A stretch of DNA of 61,791 nucleotides, filler included, from Bipalium vagum (Eukaryota), in NCBI GenBank assembly GCA_037834085.1. It is 3 parts of 3 records of this genome, joined end to end, with 100 filler letters (N's around TTAATTAATTAA, not from the genome) between each part and the next. Parts side by side here need not be neighbours in the genome. Positions count along the whole stretch, not along the records: positions 1 to 22,805 come from JBBMKC010214696.1; positions 22,906 to 42,901 come from JBBMKC010262809.1; 1 more part is not named here. One strand, written 5' to 3'. Below the pieces are notes generated by a model that was not told where the DNA came from, made no database searches, and was given only the letters and a program-made list of their open reading frames with translations. This document shows positions 12,401-24,376 of the stretch, in pieces (position 1 is the first letter of the stretch; every line of letters begins with the position of its first letter). The translations under genes were made by a program, and so were the position numbers.

Positions 12401-13269
12401 TTTCTAAAAGTAAGAAAAAAATCTATACAAAAACACGAAAAATATAAAAATATAAAATATACAAAATTTAATAAAAATATATGAAATATTCAATCAATAT
12501 TTGAAATATACAACATGTATAAAATATGCCAAATAATTAAAATACATCAAATATTTATCATAACATTCAGGGCTTGTTTTTTTAATAAAAAATTTTGTTT
12601 AAAATAGAGTACACTTTGTGTACCTTTTTTGTAATATATAAAAATCATTAAAAATCAAAAATCATAAAATTCAAATTTTTTCTTAAAAAAATCACTAAAC
12701 CTCACTAAAAAAATTCATTAAAAATAATAAACAAAAATAAAATACTCAATTTTTTTATTTTTTCTTAAAAAATGACAAACCGAAACACGATAGCAGATTC
12801 AATCATCAAACTTGATGAACGGCAAGCGATCAAAAATCTTTTACAAATGTTTTATTTTTTACAAAGTGTATTTTTGACAAAATGTCTTATTTTATAAAAT
12901 TCAAAATACGAGCTCTGCTCCTGGAAGTGCAGCTTCCTATAATATTACATTTATTAAAATTAAGTGTGAATTAGAAGATTTAACAATTGAAAATATTTTA
13001 AATAATATTCAAATAATAAACGAAGTAACAATTGAAATTTGTAAAAATTTTAAACAATACACCTTTATAGCACATTATGCAAAAGGATATGATAATCATC
13101 CAATATTAGGTTGGTTAATACAAAATAAATTACCAGTTGAAAAATTTAGCTCAGAAGGTAAAATTAAATACATACAAATAAAAAATTTTAATATAAGATT
13201 TGTTGATTCAATAAATTTTACTTTATGTTCATTAAAAGCTTTTTCCGCAAAATTTGGTTTTAAAGGATA

Positions 13270-14222
13270 TTTTCGACATTACCATGTTTAACTTTCCGTT
13301 GGAGACATTCTAATTTCATTTCTTCTCTGGATTTTCGCCAAACAGTAACCCTTCCTTCTGACCGAAATACGTTAAATTTACACGCGTCAGACCAAAGAAC
13401 TTTATTGCAATCAGTTGAAAAGTTTAACAGTTCTCTTACCCATGCAACTCGTGCTTTCTGATTCATCTTCGAAATTAAAGGTTTTTTCCCTGCCATCCTC
13501 CCATGTAATCCTATGTCTGAAAGTTGGTTTCTCACAGTTGACTTGGAAATTGATATGCCATTTTGTTCCTTAATGACTATTCTCACTTTCTCATCTGATG
13601 TTCACCGATCTTTCCTAACAATTCTTTGGATTATTCGATCCTCTTTTGGTGTTGTTTTTTTTTTCGTCTTCCTCGTACTGGACTGGTTTTCAAGCTTCCA
13701 CCACAAGAAAACGTTTCCAAATATATATTGAATGCTGGATTTGGACATTTTAGAATATTTGATATGTGGCCCATACTATATTTCTCTTTTCTCATCATCA
13801 CAACAGCATTTCGGAAGTCATTGGAATATTCTTTTTCCTTTTTACCCATTAAAAAATTCACTTCTGAAACAAATTTAAAAAGATTTGTAAAAATACAAGA
13901 ATTTAAAAATTAACCAGTCTTACTTACATTAATAAAAAGTTTAAACAAAGATTTCTTTACTATTTAATATAAATATAATGTTATTTCCATTAAAATTTAA
14001 GGTCGAACGGATATTTATTGTGCATTAATATCCATGAAATAATTTTAATTACGAAAATTTAAATATTTTCTTGATAACAATTCTACCAGCACTTATAAAT
14101 AAACGCATTGAAAATTAAAGTATTATATATTAACATCAAAAAATTATTTCATAAGTGTTGATTTACCGTATAAAAATTATCTTGAAAATATTTACATATC
14201 ATCGTACGGATAATTATTGTCA
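13270..14222 (-). mobile_element. Tc1-family element, 5' half, with an IR/DR-type long terminus
   Basis: MGKKEKEYSNDFRNAVV, RGRRKK, ISKSTVRNQL, KKPLIS, VLWSDACKF and KVKHG motifs. Two related ~22-bp repeats (GACAATAATTATCCGTACGA and CACAATAAATATCCGTTCGA, minus strand) lie about 200 bp apart at 14202-14221 and 14003-14022. Confidence 0.85.
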
Positions 14223-14825
14223 CTTAAACTTTTTTGATTTATTGGCGAAAAAGTGAGATAAGTGTTTTTCGCAATCCTCTTTTGAATTTAATTTAATACC
14301 ATTAAGGGAGTTATGCAATGAGCGAAAAAGATGATAGTCTGAATGTACTATATCAGGACTATATAGAGGATGCAACAAAACTTCCCAATTAAGATCCTTC
14401 AATTTTTGCTGCGTCATGAAAGATACATGTGGTCTGGCGTTGTCATGGTGAAACACAACGCCTTTCCTATTGATTAATTCTTGACGCTTTCTTGCAATTT
14501 CCTGATGTACTCTTGTCAACTGTTCACAGTAGATAACTGAGTTTATTTTTTGTCCTAGTTTGAGTAATTCATAATGGACTATTCCATTGTAATCCCACCA
14601 GATACAAAGCATTAACTTCTTTGAAAGCATTAACTTCTTTGAAAGCATTAACTTCGCCACAGTTTGTGAGGTCATACCACATTTTGTCCAAGACCTTTTT
14701 CGTATGTTATTATCATATTTGATCCATTTTTCGTCACATTTAATAAGATGTTTCAAAAAGGGATCGATCATGTTTTTATTCAACAATGTTTGGCATATTG
14801 AAATTTGGTCTTTTAAACTATTCAA
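14220..14825 (-). mobile_element. mariner transposase catalytic domain (201-aa open fragment)
   Basis: CDEKW, KLMLCIWWD, FHHDNARPH and HPLYSPDIVHSDYHLF motifs, with an internal 18-bp triplication. Confidence 0.93.
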
Positions 14826-14878
14826 TAGCTTTATTTATTATTTAATGAATCATTATTTATTCTGTGAACTCAATTTTG

Positions 14879-14946
<68 letters not shown>
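14879..14946. repeat. (AAT)n microsatellite
   Basis: About 22 perfect units. Confidence 0.97.
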
Positions 14947-15164
14947 CAAAGTTTTCAGTTCATCGTTTAAAAGAAGATTTGCTTTATTATATATTTTTTT
15001 TAAATTAACCAATTATTAACATTCTAAAAATTGAAGGTAAATTCGAATTATGATTAAATCTTACAGAAATAATCACAATAAAATTTCATTTTTAAAAATA
15101 TAATTTGACTTCCTAATTAAACTTGCTTGAGGTGCAGCTTGTAGCCTTTGGTTTAGAGGACGCC

Positions 15165-15947
15165 TTTTTGAAAGCAGGTCATTTTAAAGCTAATTTCTTC
15201 TCCATTAAAATCTATTAATTCTCTGTTATCATTAATTATTCTTAAATTTATTACGTCAATATTTTTTGTAATCACAGGATAATAAATCGGAAAATTTGGT
15301 TCTTTATTAATTTTATATTCTCTTTTTACAGTATTTATAGGAAAATCATAAATAATAGATGTTTTTTATTATTAAAATATAATCCATTTATAATATCACA
15401 TTCAAACATAATTGTATTGATATCTGAAATATTACCTTTTTTAGAATAATAAGCTTCTTAATTAGATTTTTTAATTTCAAATCCTAAAAACATTACTAAT
15501 GAATTTTGAACAGGAAAAAATATTTTGCAACCTTTAGATATTTTCATTATAGAGTTTCCAGAAATTGGATTAGCAGCAATAAAAAAATTATCTTTTTCTA
15601 AAGGTACTAGTTCTTTATAATATTTAAATTTAATTAGAAATTTCCGAAATTTCATATGCTCCACGAGTTGGTTTGAAATTTGATTTTTAATTTTTTCCTT
15701 TTGAATCTGTAATTTCTAAATCAATTCTATTATTTTTTTCAGTAATATTAAAAATTGAGCTATAAGTTGAAAAATAAACTAAGCCTAATTCATAGTTTTA
15801 ATTGTCTTTAAGTTTTAAAGGATGACCTAATCTTAAGTTTATTTATGAACTTTTACGTTTTACAGAAAATGATGTTGAAAATATTTGAGAAAAATTTTTT
15901 TATAACGATTCTGAAGCAACGATTCCTAGAGTAACACTCGCATCCAT
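15165..15947 (-). pseudogene. Polinton/adintovirus minor capsid protein (penton), disrupted
   Basis: N-terminal LGHPLKLKDN*NYELGLVYFSTYSSIFNITEKNN and C-terminal INTIMFECDIINGLYFN...IIYDFP...YKINKEPNFPIYYPV..KNIDVINLRIINDNRELIDFNGEEISFK fit the recalled Polinton penton pattern (P..L...YE.GL..F.TYNSI.NI...NN; I.V.C.II.GSY; P..Y.PV....I..I.....DQ...IDF.GE.I). Confidence 0.8.
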
Positions 15948-15994
15948 TTTTTAAATATAAAAAAATATTTATAGATTATATTTTTTTATCTTTT

Positions 15995-16925
15995 TAAAAC
16001 TTTTTATCATAAACCTTTGGTTTAATCTTTTTTGGCTCTTTTAATTTATTTAAAATTTTTAAAATGAAATGATCAGCATTATCATGACCTAGTTTTTTAG
16101 AGATAAATATTTTCTTAAAGTTACAAACTGATTCAACGAATTTACTGACGACGAAGTCGGATCAAGTGAATTTTTTGGTTTGGAAATTCTATAAGTTTTC
16201 ATCACCATTTTTTTCTTGAAATTTATTATTAATATTAATTAAATATTTTGCTTTTTTTGAAGCGTTAACATAATTCGTTAGAAATAAATAATTATTTAAA
16301 TCGTATGGTTGTTAATCTATAGTCCATTTTTTATAATAAATATTAGTGTAATTGTCACCTTCAATTAATGATTTTAAGCCTGGTGAAAATATTCCATAAC
16401 CATTCTTGTTTCGCCTTTTAAAATTTATATCATCTCCTATTTTAAATAATTTAAAATCAATTTTATTTATTGTTAAAATATTGTTTTTAATTGATGGAAC
16501 TAATGAAGTTGACAAATCAGTGTAATACGAAAATAGTTTTCAAAATTAAAATCTTCATATGATGGTGGTTGATCCTTTTTATTGAAAATACCATCTTTAG
16601 TTTCATCATCGAAATTTCCAAGATCATTTAAATTTTCAGCAATAATTTTTTCGAAAGCTTTGATTCCAAGAGCTTTGCTCGCGTTTTTATATTTTTATTA
16701 TTTTTATCTAATTTAGAAAGTTCTGCTTGGGAGAAAATTTGTTGCTCTATCCCAAGGTTTTTAGATCTATCAATCGCATCTACAACCGGTTTATGAAAAT
16801 TTTGTAAATCTTGTTCTATTCCATTTTGTAACTTCCATTAATTTATTAATTTATTATTATATTCCTCTTCCTTTGATATTAGTTTTTTTTAATATTTCAA
16901 TTTTTTTTTATTAATTACATTTTGT
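15995..16925 (-). pseudogene. Conserved Polinton-associated protein of unknown function, disrupted
   Basis: EQDLQNFHKPVVDAI, FSPGLKSLI...YDLNNYYLFL and LRKYLSLK/LGHDNADHFILKILNKLKE match the recalled motifs FKPI.EPL, TPGL.ELI...DL..Y..IL and LR.L.AS..AG.....EI..I...L of a widespread Polinton gene. Confidence 0.65.
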
Positions 16926-18029
16926 TTTTCTATTCACTTTTTTAAAAAATAAAAATAAAAATTAGAACTACTATGGAAATTCATAGTATTCTATTTCAAA
17001 AAAATCGAGATAAATATTTTGAAGGAATCAAAATTAAAATAAAAATTTAATAAAATTCGGGATCAATTTGAAATAAATATGGACTCCAAAATCAACAATC
17101 CCAAAATCAAAATCAAAATCTTCAATCCCAAGGACAAGAAACCCAAAGCGGTGAAAACAGTACTTTATAATATTTGAGATCCGATGACAATAATATTATG
17201 TAATAATCTTTTTCTATGACATCTAATTATTTTATAAATGTATAATATCTAGTTATTCAATAAATCTGATTCTTTAATTTATGTAAAAACCCTTCTTTTT
17301 GTGTGCTGTATTTGGTTATTTTATAATAAAACGAATTTTTTTGTAAGTCGTCCTTGATTGAAACAATATGTAAATATAAATAAAATAATAAATAATTAAA
17401 AGTATATATAAATTATAAGTTAGTAAATAATTATTGAATAAAATAATAAATAAAATAATTAAATTCGATTCGATTTATAAATTCATATTTGCTTTTATAA
17501 ATATCCTAATTAAAAACAGGTGTGTCTTGTTAGACAAGACAAATTTTGTTAATACTAAATAAATAAATACTCAAACCAGAATCTGAGGATTATATAATTT
17601 TTAAATTCTACTTTCACTTTTTTCTTTTTCTTATTTTTATTTCACACGCCAAGTAGGGAGGTAATATAAATTGTTTTTCTTTGTTAAGGACCTCTGATGC
17701 TAAGTGCAAGAGCATTTTTCATATTAATAATAACTCTAATTAATAACCTAATAAATCAATCAGGGACGATATCACTATAATTAATAAAAATAAAAGTTTA
17801 AAAAAATCAATTCGTTTTCTCAGTAATTTTAAATAATAATAACGAACACTCAATTAAACAACCTTCATCGTTAAGACGTAAATCGCAAAAAGCTCCACTT
17901 ATTTAAATCTACCTTTTTCAGGATCATTACATTAAAATAATTTTTTGTTTAACTCAAAAGCGAGAACGTAGCTCTTTTAAGGCCTCGTCTGTATTTTCTC
18001 ATATATTTCACTCATTTTTAAAAATATTT

Positions 18030-18679
18030 TAATTTTTTTGTCTTTAAAAGCAATGCTTTCTATCTTTTCTCTATACTCTTTTTTAATTTCATTTTTCAAA
18101 TCATTTTAGCTTCTTTCTTTATTTTTTCAAATATAGTCCCTTCTTTAATTTTTAAAATATTTTCTTTATGTTCATTTATAATTATTTTAGCTTTTACAAT
18201 TTTTTTCATTAGTTAATATTTTATCTTCTATAGCCTTCATTTGAAATAAATATTATCAATAGAATGTTCTATACATTCATAAATTTCTGTGTAAAGTTTT
18301 TTTCGTTTAGAAGTTATTCCTATGCTAATTTTTTCTAAAATAAATAAATTTACAGCTCCTAAAAATGCTGTTCCAACGGGTATAAAAATTACTAAAGTAG
18401 TTCCAACTGTTGGTACCTCAAGCATAATTGCTGTTCCAACTCTAAAAATTCCTGTTATTACATTACTTTCAATTTTCAATTTTGTATCTATTTTAGTATA
18501 TATAAATTTGAATTTTTTAATGTTGTAAAAAATCTTCAAATACTTTTTCTCATAAAATTTTCTATTTTCATTTTTTCAAATTAATTAATTAATGGATTAG
18601 AAAACGCTTCATCATCTTCATAGACGAGATTATTTTGTAAATTAGAGTAAATAAGAGCAGTTGGTTTTTCAATTTCCAT
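18030..18679 (-). pseudogene. Polinton/adintovirus-type membrane protein (GasderminX-like in adintovirus nomenclature), disrupted
   Basis: MEIEKPTALIYSNL start, basic coiled coil (FYEKKYLKIFYNIKKFK), Gly/Ala/Thr-rich hydrophobic hairpin (VITGIFRVGTAIMLEVPTVGTTLVIFIPVGTAFLGAV), then KRKKLYTEI and a coiled-coil tail. Confidence 0.55.
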
Positions 18680-20579
18680 TTTAAAAGAAAAAATTTAGAA
18701 TAAACAAATTAAAATTCTACATTATATTTTTGTTAAGTCTCTGAAATTGGAGCAAAGACTAAGAGCTTAACTGTTAGAAGGTTGACTTTTACGTGTTCGA
18801 CTATTAACTAAAATAACAAGTATAATATTTCAAATTTTATTGAGACTACAAATCGGTTTTTACAGTTAGAGAGTAATTGCTTTTATAACAATCCTCTATA
18901 AGAAATCTTTCCCTTTATTTAACGGTTTATTAAAGTAGAGAATCTTTTCGCGTTGATTACAAGATCAACGTCTCAAAAGCCCTTCAGAATATAATTCACC
19001 AGCCTAATAAGTGTGTGAACTATGAACAAAAAGAACCACCGTCAGAAATGAAGAGATGATCAAAAAAGATTAATTGATTTTAGGGTTATACCCTAACACT
19101 TATTTTCAAGACTTTTAATTTAGAATTGATTTTAGATTTATTTAATTGTGTAATTCGTTAGAATTACCAATTTTATAATTAATAATATAATAATAATAGG
19201 AATCGTCTAATTTCTTAAAATTAGCGATTAATAATAATACGCAATAAATATAAACCACTTACGGAGTTGCATAAACTGAAAATTGGTTAATAATTTTCGG
19301 CATTGATTATCTCCACTATTTACCTTCGAAGATTAAACTTATCTCGTGACTCTTACAACTATTTCAAATTGTTTATTTCAATCTATGCAATTGTCTCGTG
19401 GATCCGTTCCTGATTGTATTGATTATGGATTATATCGTTGATGTTTGATTTAATGTTTACTTATTAAGTAAGATTTTTGTTCCACTTTATTATAATTTTT
19501 CTCTGGTTTATATACCCATTATTTAATATCTGATCTATTTAAAGTAACATTTTTAAACTTGTACTTCTGATTTCCTACTGTATATAATTTTATTCCTAAT
19601 ATTTATTTATGTAAATCTATTATTAGTAAGTTGAACTTACTAATTTAATATATATTACAAATTTTTATATTTTTACTATATGACTCATGCATAATAATAA
19701 TAACAATGATAATAATTAATTAATTAGTTTATAATTAATAAATTTGTTTTGGGAAAGAATTCTCGTTACAATAAAATAAACACTGACATCACAACTTATA
19801 TAAAATAATCATCGAAATACCAAGAATTTTTATTAACAGATAAAATTGTTTTTTATAATCATTGGGATCACAACTTAGAGATTTTTGTGTTCTTTTTATT
19901 TTGGAGTCTCCAATTTTGATAAAATCTTTTCATAATAACTTCAACTTCTTTCATGATTTTTTAATAAAATTTTTTTAAAAATCATGATTTCATAAATTTT
20001 AATATTTGTAATAATAATAATTAATTAAATTAAAATTCATAATGATCACTTTTTTTGGAAAAATTGTTAAAATTATGGATTTTCAACTAAAAAACGTTTG
20101 CCTTTGTCCAAATCCACTGCGTCTTTTACTTCTGTTCGTTCTATCGGTTTTCCATTAATAAAAAACAGTTATTATTATTATACCAACCGAAAACATGATA
20201 ATTATCCATTGTTCCAAAATTAATAAAATATTCCTGTAATACATTGATTCTAATCAACAAAGAGTTCCTTCCAAAAAACAGATGTATCAATTACAACTAA
20301 TACAGTGTATGCTAACATAATCAGATTTTTAAAATTTATTTATTTTTTAAACTATTTTAATTAAAATTTTACTTTATTATTACTTTTTGTTTTTCATGAA
20401 ATTTGTCTTTTTTAGAAAGCGATTCTCATTTTAAAGATTTATTTTCATAATTAAAAAAAAGAAATTGTAATTATATTTTAAGTTTCGAATAAAAAGATGT
20501 GATAAAAAATGATGAAATCGATTATTAAAATTTAAATTGGTTAAGAATATCGATAGTGGACTTTTTAAGAACATAACAT

Positions 20580-21117
20580 AAAATATATGCAAATTCAGAA
20601 TGATTTAGTGCGCGTACGTTCAAATTTAAAGCTTGAATGAAAATAAAAATGTTGACTACTAAACTTGAACCTTTTAAACTTTTAAACAAATATCGATTGT
20701 ATCACCTTTTAACTTTTAAAACGAGAATCGATAAACTTTTTAAAAGATTTTTTAGAATTTACTACATTTTTTACCTTAAACTTATTCATATTAATTGTGT
20801 TACTAAACAATTTTTTCCAAATATTTAAAAAATTAATCGAAATGATTAATTTTTTAATTAATTATAATAATTTTTGTATTTTATATATTATGTTTACTAT
20901 AATTTTATATTTCATATTTTAGACAGATATGAAGGACAATTAATTAAACTTCGGGTTTTAACTTTACATAAGAATAAAATATTTGTATACAACACAAAAA
21001 CATAAAAATATTTTTAAAATCACAAGATTGTCATTTATTGTTTTTTCGAGAATTTGGGACCTGGCCTGGGAGTCTGAACGTACGCGCACTAAATCATTCT
21101 GAATTTGCATATATTTT
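20580..21117. mobile_element. MITE with perfect 43-bp TIRs
   Basis: AAAATATATGCAAATTCAGAATGATTTAGTGCGCGTACGTTCA at 20580-20622 and its exact reverse complement at 21075-21117, around a non-coding AT-rich interior. Confidence 0.9.
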
Positions 21118-21299
21118 TTAATCTACTCTTAATAGGTAAATATGTAACTATGAAGTAAATTTAAAAACCAAACGTATTCCAATAATGAAATTAAATAAAT
21201 CAATAGTAATTAGAAAATTAACCTACTTTTAATAGAAATTAAATATACAAATAGTATAAGTACAATATATTTTATGATGCATCTTTTGAATAGGTTATA

Positions 21300-22500
21300 T
21301 TATATCGTCACTGTGTCAAGAAAGAAAATTATTTTTGTCTAAGTCATAAGTGGAAATCAATAATATCTTTAGTATCAGTCAATCATGAAATAACACATCT
21401 TTCCGTTTCTCTACTGCCATTGTCAACAATTTCATTGATATCAAATATTTACTGAAATATGTAATGCTATTAAAGCATTGTCTTAAAAATCAGGTGTTTA
21501 AAGAATCTATGAATAAAACAGAATTTTTTTCCAAACCCAATCACTTATTTTAAAGTATACATTTACAAGTTGAACTGGCTAATCGATTGGAGCTGCCTGA
21601 ACGAATACATTTTGGTATTCTTTCCTTTGGTTATGATACATTAAATTTGAGAACTGTAGATCCAATCATTTCTACTTCTGAGGTAATCAGTGATATATTT
21701 TATGGTTAGTTACATTCCTGAAGTTTACACTTACTAATAACGTGTTTGAAATAATTGAATCAAAAAACAAAACAGTAAACCTTATAAATATTCACTCCTA
21801 GTAGGTCTTCTGATACAAATATTACTTCTCACATAAATTTCTATATTGTGGGCAGTCAATTGAAAATTCTAGTTCTAATCAGTTCGTAATTGGGAACACT
21901 GGTCTAATTTTTGCAAATCGACATAATATGATGGGATGTGCTTTGATCTTAATAAACTGTCTCATTTTTAAAATCTTTTGAAGTCAGATTACAAAATTTT
22001 CCAACAGATTTGTCTTCTTACTTATATTAAATCTGGTATTAGAGACAGGCTTACTACCGTCTGCAGTAAACACAGCAAAATATAACACTAACTTTAAGAA
22101 AACTTCATACTTGAATAAATTGGTTCCCACTGAATAGGGCAAAGTTAATTGTTTTCAAGCAAGACTTGTTAATTTTAATTTTTTTAGATGAAGCAATCCT
22201 TATAAATGTGTCAAGAAAACCTTGTCTCTGAATGGATAAATTTTAAATCATCAATTATTTCAAAAACATTAATAAAAATACTTTTAAGCGTAATAATTTA
22301 ACTTACAGATTTAAAAATTCAATATCTTTTCATAATTGACTTAAGGAAACAAAATGATGGTCTTTGCCATCTAAATATTTATATTACCTTTAGACTCTGG
22401 TTATCTGATATCCATTAACATTTATATCAATTTCTCTGATCATAACAAAAATACCTAGAAATCTAATTAATCTCTGGTAAAATTGTCACCATGATTCATA
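21300..22500 (-). mobile_element. Probable CACTA/EnSpm(Mirage)-like transposase, highly degenerate
   Basis: Fragments EIDINVNG (INIDG-like), NISLITSEVEMIG (H.L.HL...V...G-like) and KCIRSG occur in the expected order across many stops. Confidence 0.35.
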
Positions 22501-22690
22501 TTCTGTAATTGTCAAGTTAAAGATATTTTTTAATAACTACAATTTTAAAATAAAATTAGAATAAAAATACTTTTAATAACACTTAAAAATAATTATTCTT
22601 TTCAGAAGTATAAGTCTTAAAATACTACATAGCAAACTCAATCTACCAAAAATACAATGCAAGTTTATTATTTATAGACATTTTCGGGTT

Positions 22691-22805
22691 TGTAAGGATT
22701 AAATTTTAATTAATATTAAATAATAAATATTTCAGGAAACTGAACGCTGTTACAGAAAGGCAAGCGTTTCCCATGCCAAATGTCGAAGAAATGCTAGATA
22801 ATCTT
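22691..22805 (+). mobile_element. LTR 5' end fused to a gypsy RT fragment, running into the contig end
   Basis: TGTAAGGATT start, then FRKLNAVTERQAFPMPNVEEMLDNL (DYRKLN...P.P.I..LL RT motif). Confidence 0.8.
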
Positions 22806-22905
22806 NNNNNNNNNNNNNNNNNNNNNNNNNNNNNNNNNNNNNNNNNNNNTTAATTAATTAANNNNNNNNNNNNNNNNNNNNNNNNNNNNNNNNNNNNNNN
22901 NNNNN
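22806..22905. other. Artificial contig-joining spacer (44N-TTAATTAATTAA-44N)
   Basis: Exactly 100 bp, with stops in all six frames; an identical copy lies at 42902-43001. Confidence 0.97.

Positions 22906-22977
<72 letters not shown>
22906..22977. repeat. (ATT)n microsatellite at contig start
   Basis: About 24 perfect units. Confidence 0.97.
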
Positions 22978-23011
22978 GAGATTATTAACTTAATAATTAT
23001 TATTTTTTCTG

Positions 23012-23566
23012 TGTAATGCATTTGATAAATGTTTCAATAAAAGACACTGATGCGACTTATTTTATTAAGATAGGATTCAGAGAAAGATATCTTATAATAA
23101 TCTCACCCCTGGTATTTTATATTTCTTATATATATCGCTGTTAATTGGACTGTCCCATATCCGAATCTGGTCCCATCGTCCAAGACACTTTCAGTATAAT
23201 AAACCTTGTATAGGATGTACAGAGTTAATTGCCTTCGTTTCCTTTAATATATCTTCAGAGGACGTATGGAAAATGCATAAAATAACCATTTCCATTTCAA
23301 TCCAGCAAAATCTTGTTCTAGAAAACGGAAGTCGTAGCAAATCTCTGTAGGAAGTAAAAATACATTGCTTTTAACTATTTCTTAGGAAAGCCAAGTGAAT
23401 AGGAATTAGAAAATATGATTATTATAATAAATAAAATTATGGTATTACTACTAATATTATTATTCAGAGTATTAATATTTATTATTGCTATTATTGCTAT
23501 TACTATATTTAAAATTATAAATATTATTAAAATATTATATTATTTATATTATATTATTATTATAAA

Positions 23567-23617
<51 letters not shown>

Positions 23618-24376
23618 ATTAAACTACTATTAAATAATACTATTTTACTATAATTACATTATTTGTTCATCAAGTCCTTCTCAAGGTCATTGGGGTTGTT
23701 AATGACCAGAGACCACTAAAATTCTATAAAAATGATAATAAAAAAATTAAATAATAAATANNNNNNNNNNNNNNNNNNNNNNNNNNNNNNNNNNNNNNNN
23801 NNNNNNNNNNNNNNNNNNNNNNNNNNNNNNNNNNNNNNNNNNNNNNNNNNNNNNNNNNNNNNNNNNNNNNNNNNNNNNNNNNNNNNNNNNNNNNNNNNNN
23901 NNNNNNNNNNNNNNNNNNNNNNNNTAATAGTTAATAATAATAGTTAATAATAATAATAATAGTTATTAATAATAGTTAGAAATTATAGTTTATAATACTA
24001 GTTAATAATTATAGTTAATAATAATAGTTAATAATTATAGTTAATAATAATAATTAATTATAATAGTTAATAATAACAGTTAATAATAATAGTTAATAAT
24101 AATAATTAATTATAATAGTTATTAATAATAGTTAATAATTATAGTTAATAATTATAGTTAATAATTATAGTTAATAATAATAGTTAATAATAATAGTTAA
24201 TAATAATAATTAATTATAATAGTTAATAATAATAGTTAATAATAATAATAATAGTTAATAATAATATTTAATAATAATAGTTAATAATAAAAGTTAAATC
24301 ATCTTTTAATTGCATCATAACAAGTTGGATTTCAAAACTATTTATTTAATATTCAAACAAACAAATTTAGTCTAAC
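23012..24376 (-). mobile_element. Probable 3' LTR of the adjacent gypsy element, swollen with AAT/TAATAGTTAA repeats
   Basis: Begins just after the integrase end and a purine-rich GAAGAG. On the minus strand it contains TATATATAAG and AATAAA and ends TGCATTACA. It includes a real N gap at 23761-23923. Confidence 0.45.
23924..24296. repeat. Degenerate (TAATAATAGTTAA)-type minisatellite
   Basis: Many tandem 12-15 bp variants of TAATAATAGTTAA/TAATTATAGTTAA. Confidence 0.9.

Larger units (their letters stand above)
15165..18679 (-). mobile_element. Degenerate endogenous Polinton/Maverick (adintovirus-like) segment
   Basis: Three co-oriented, intronless, tightly packed pseudogenes, each resembling a conserved Polinton gene (see the three features below). 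Confidence 0.75.

Noticed and set aside
22850-22861. TTAATTAATTAA as a piggyBac site or biological palindrome
   Set aside because: It is embedded symmetrically in Ns and repeated identically, so it is an artificial linker.
23415-23633. Poly-Ile membrane protein ORF (and the poly-Asn ORF at 14704-14970)
   Set aside because: Translations of ATT/AAT microsatellites.
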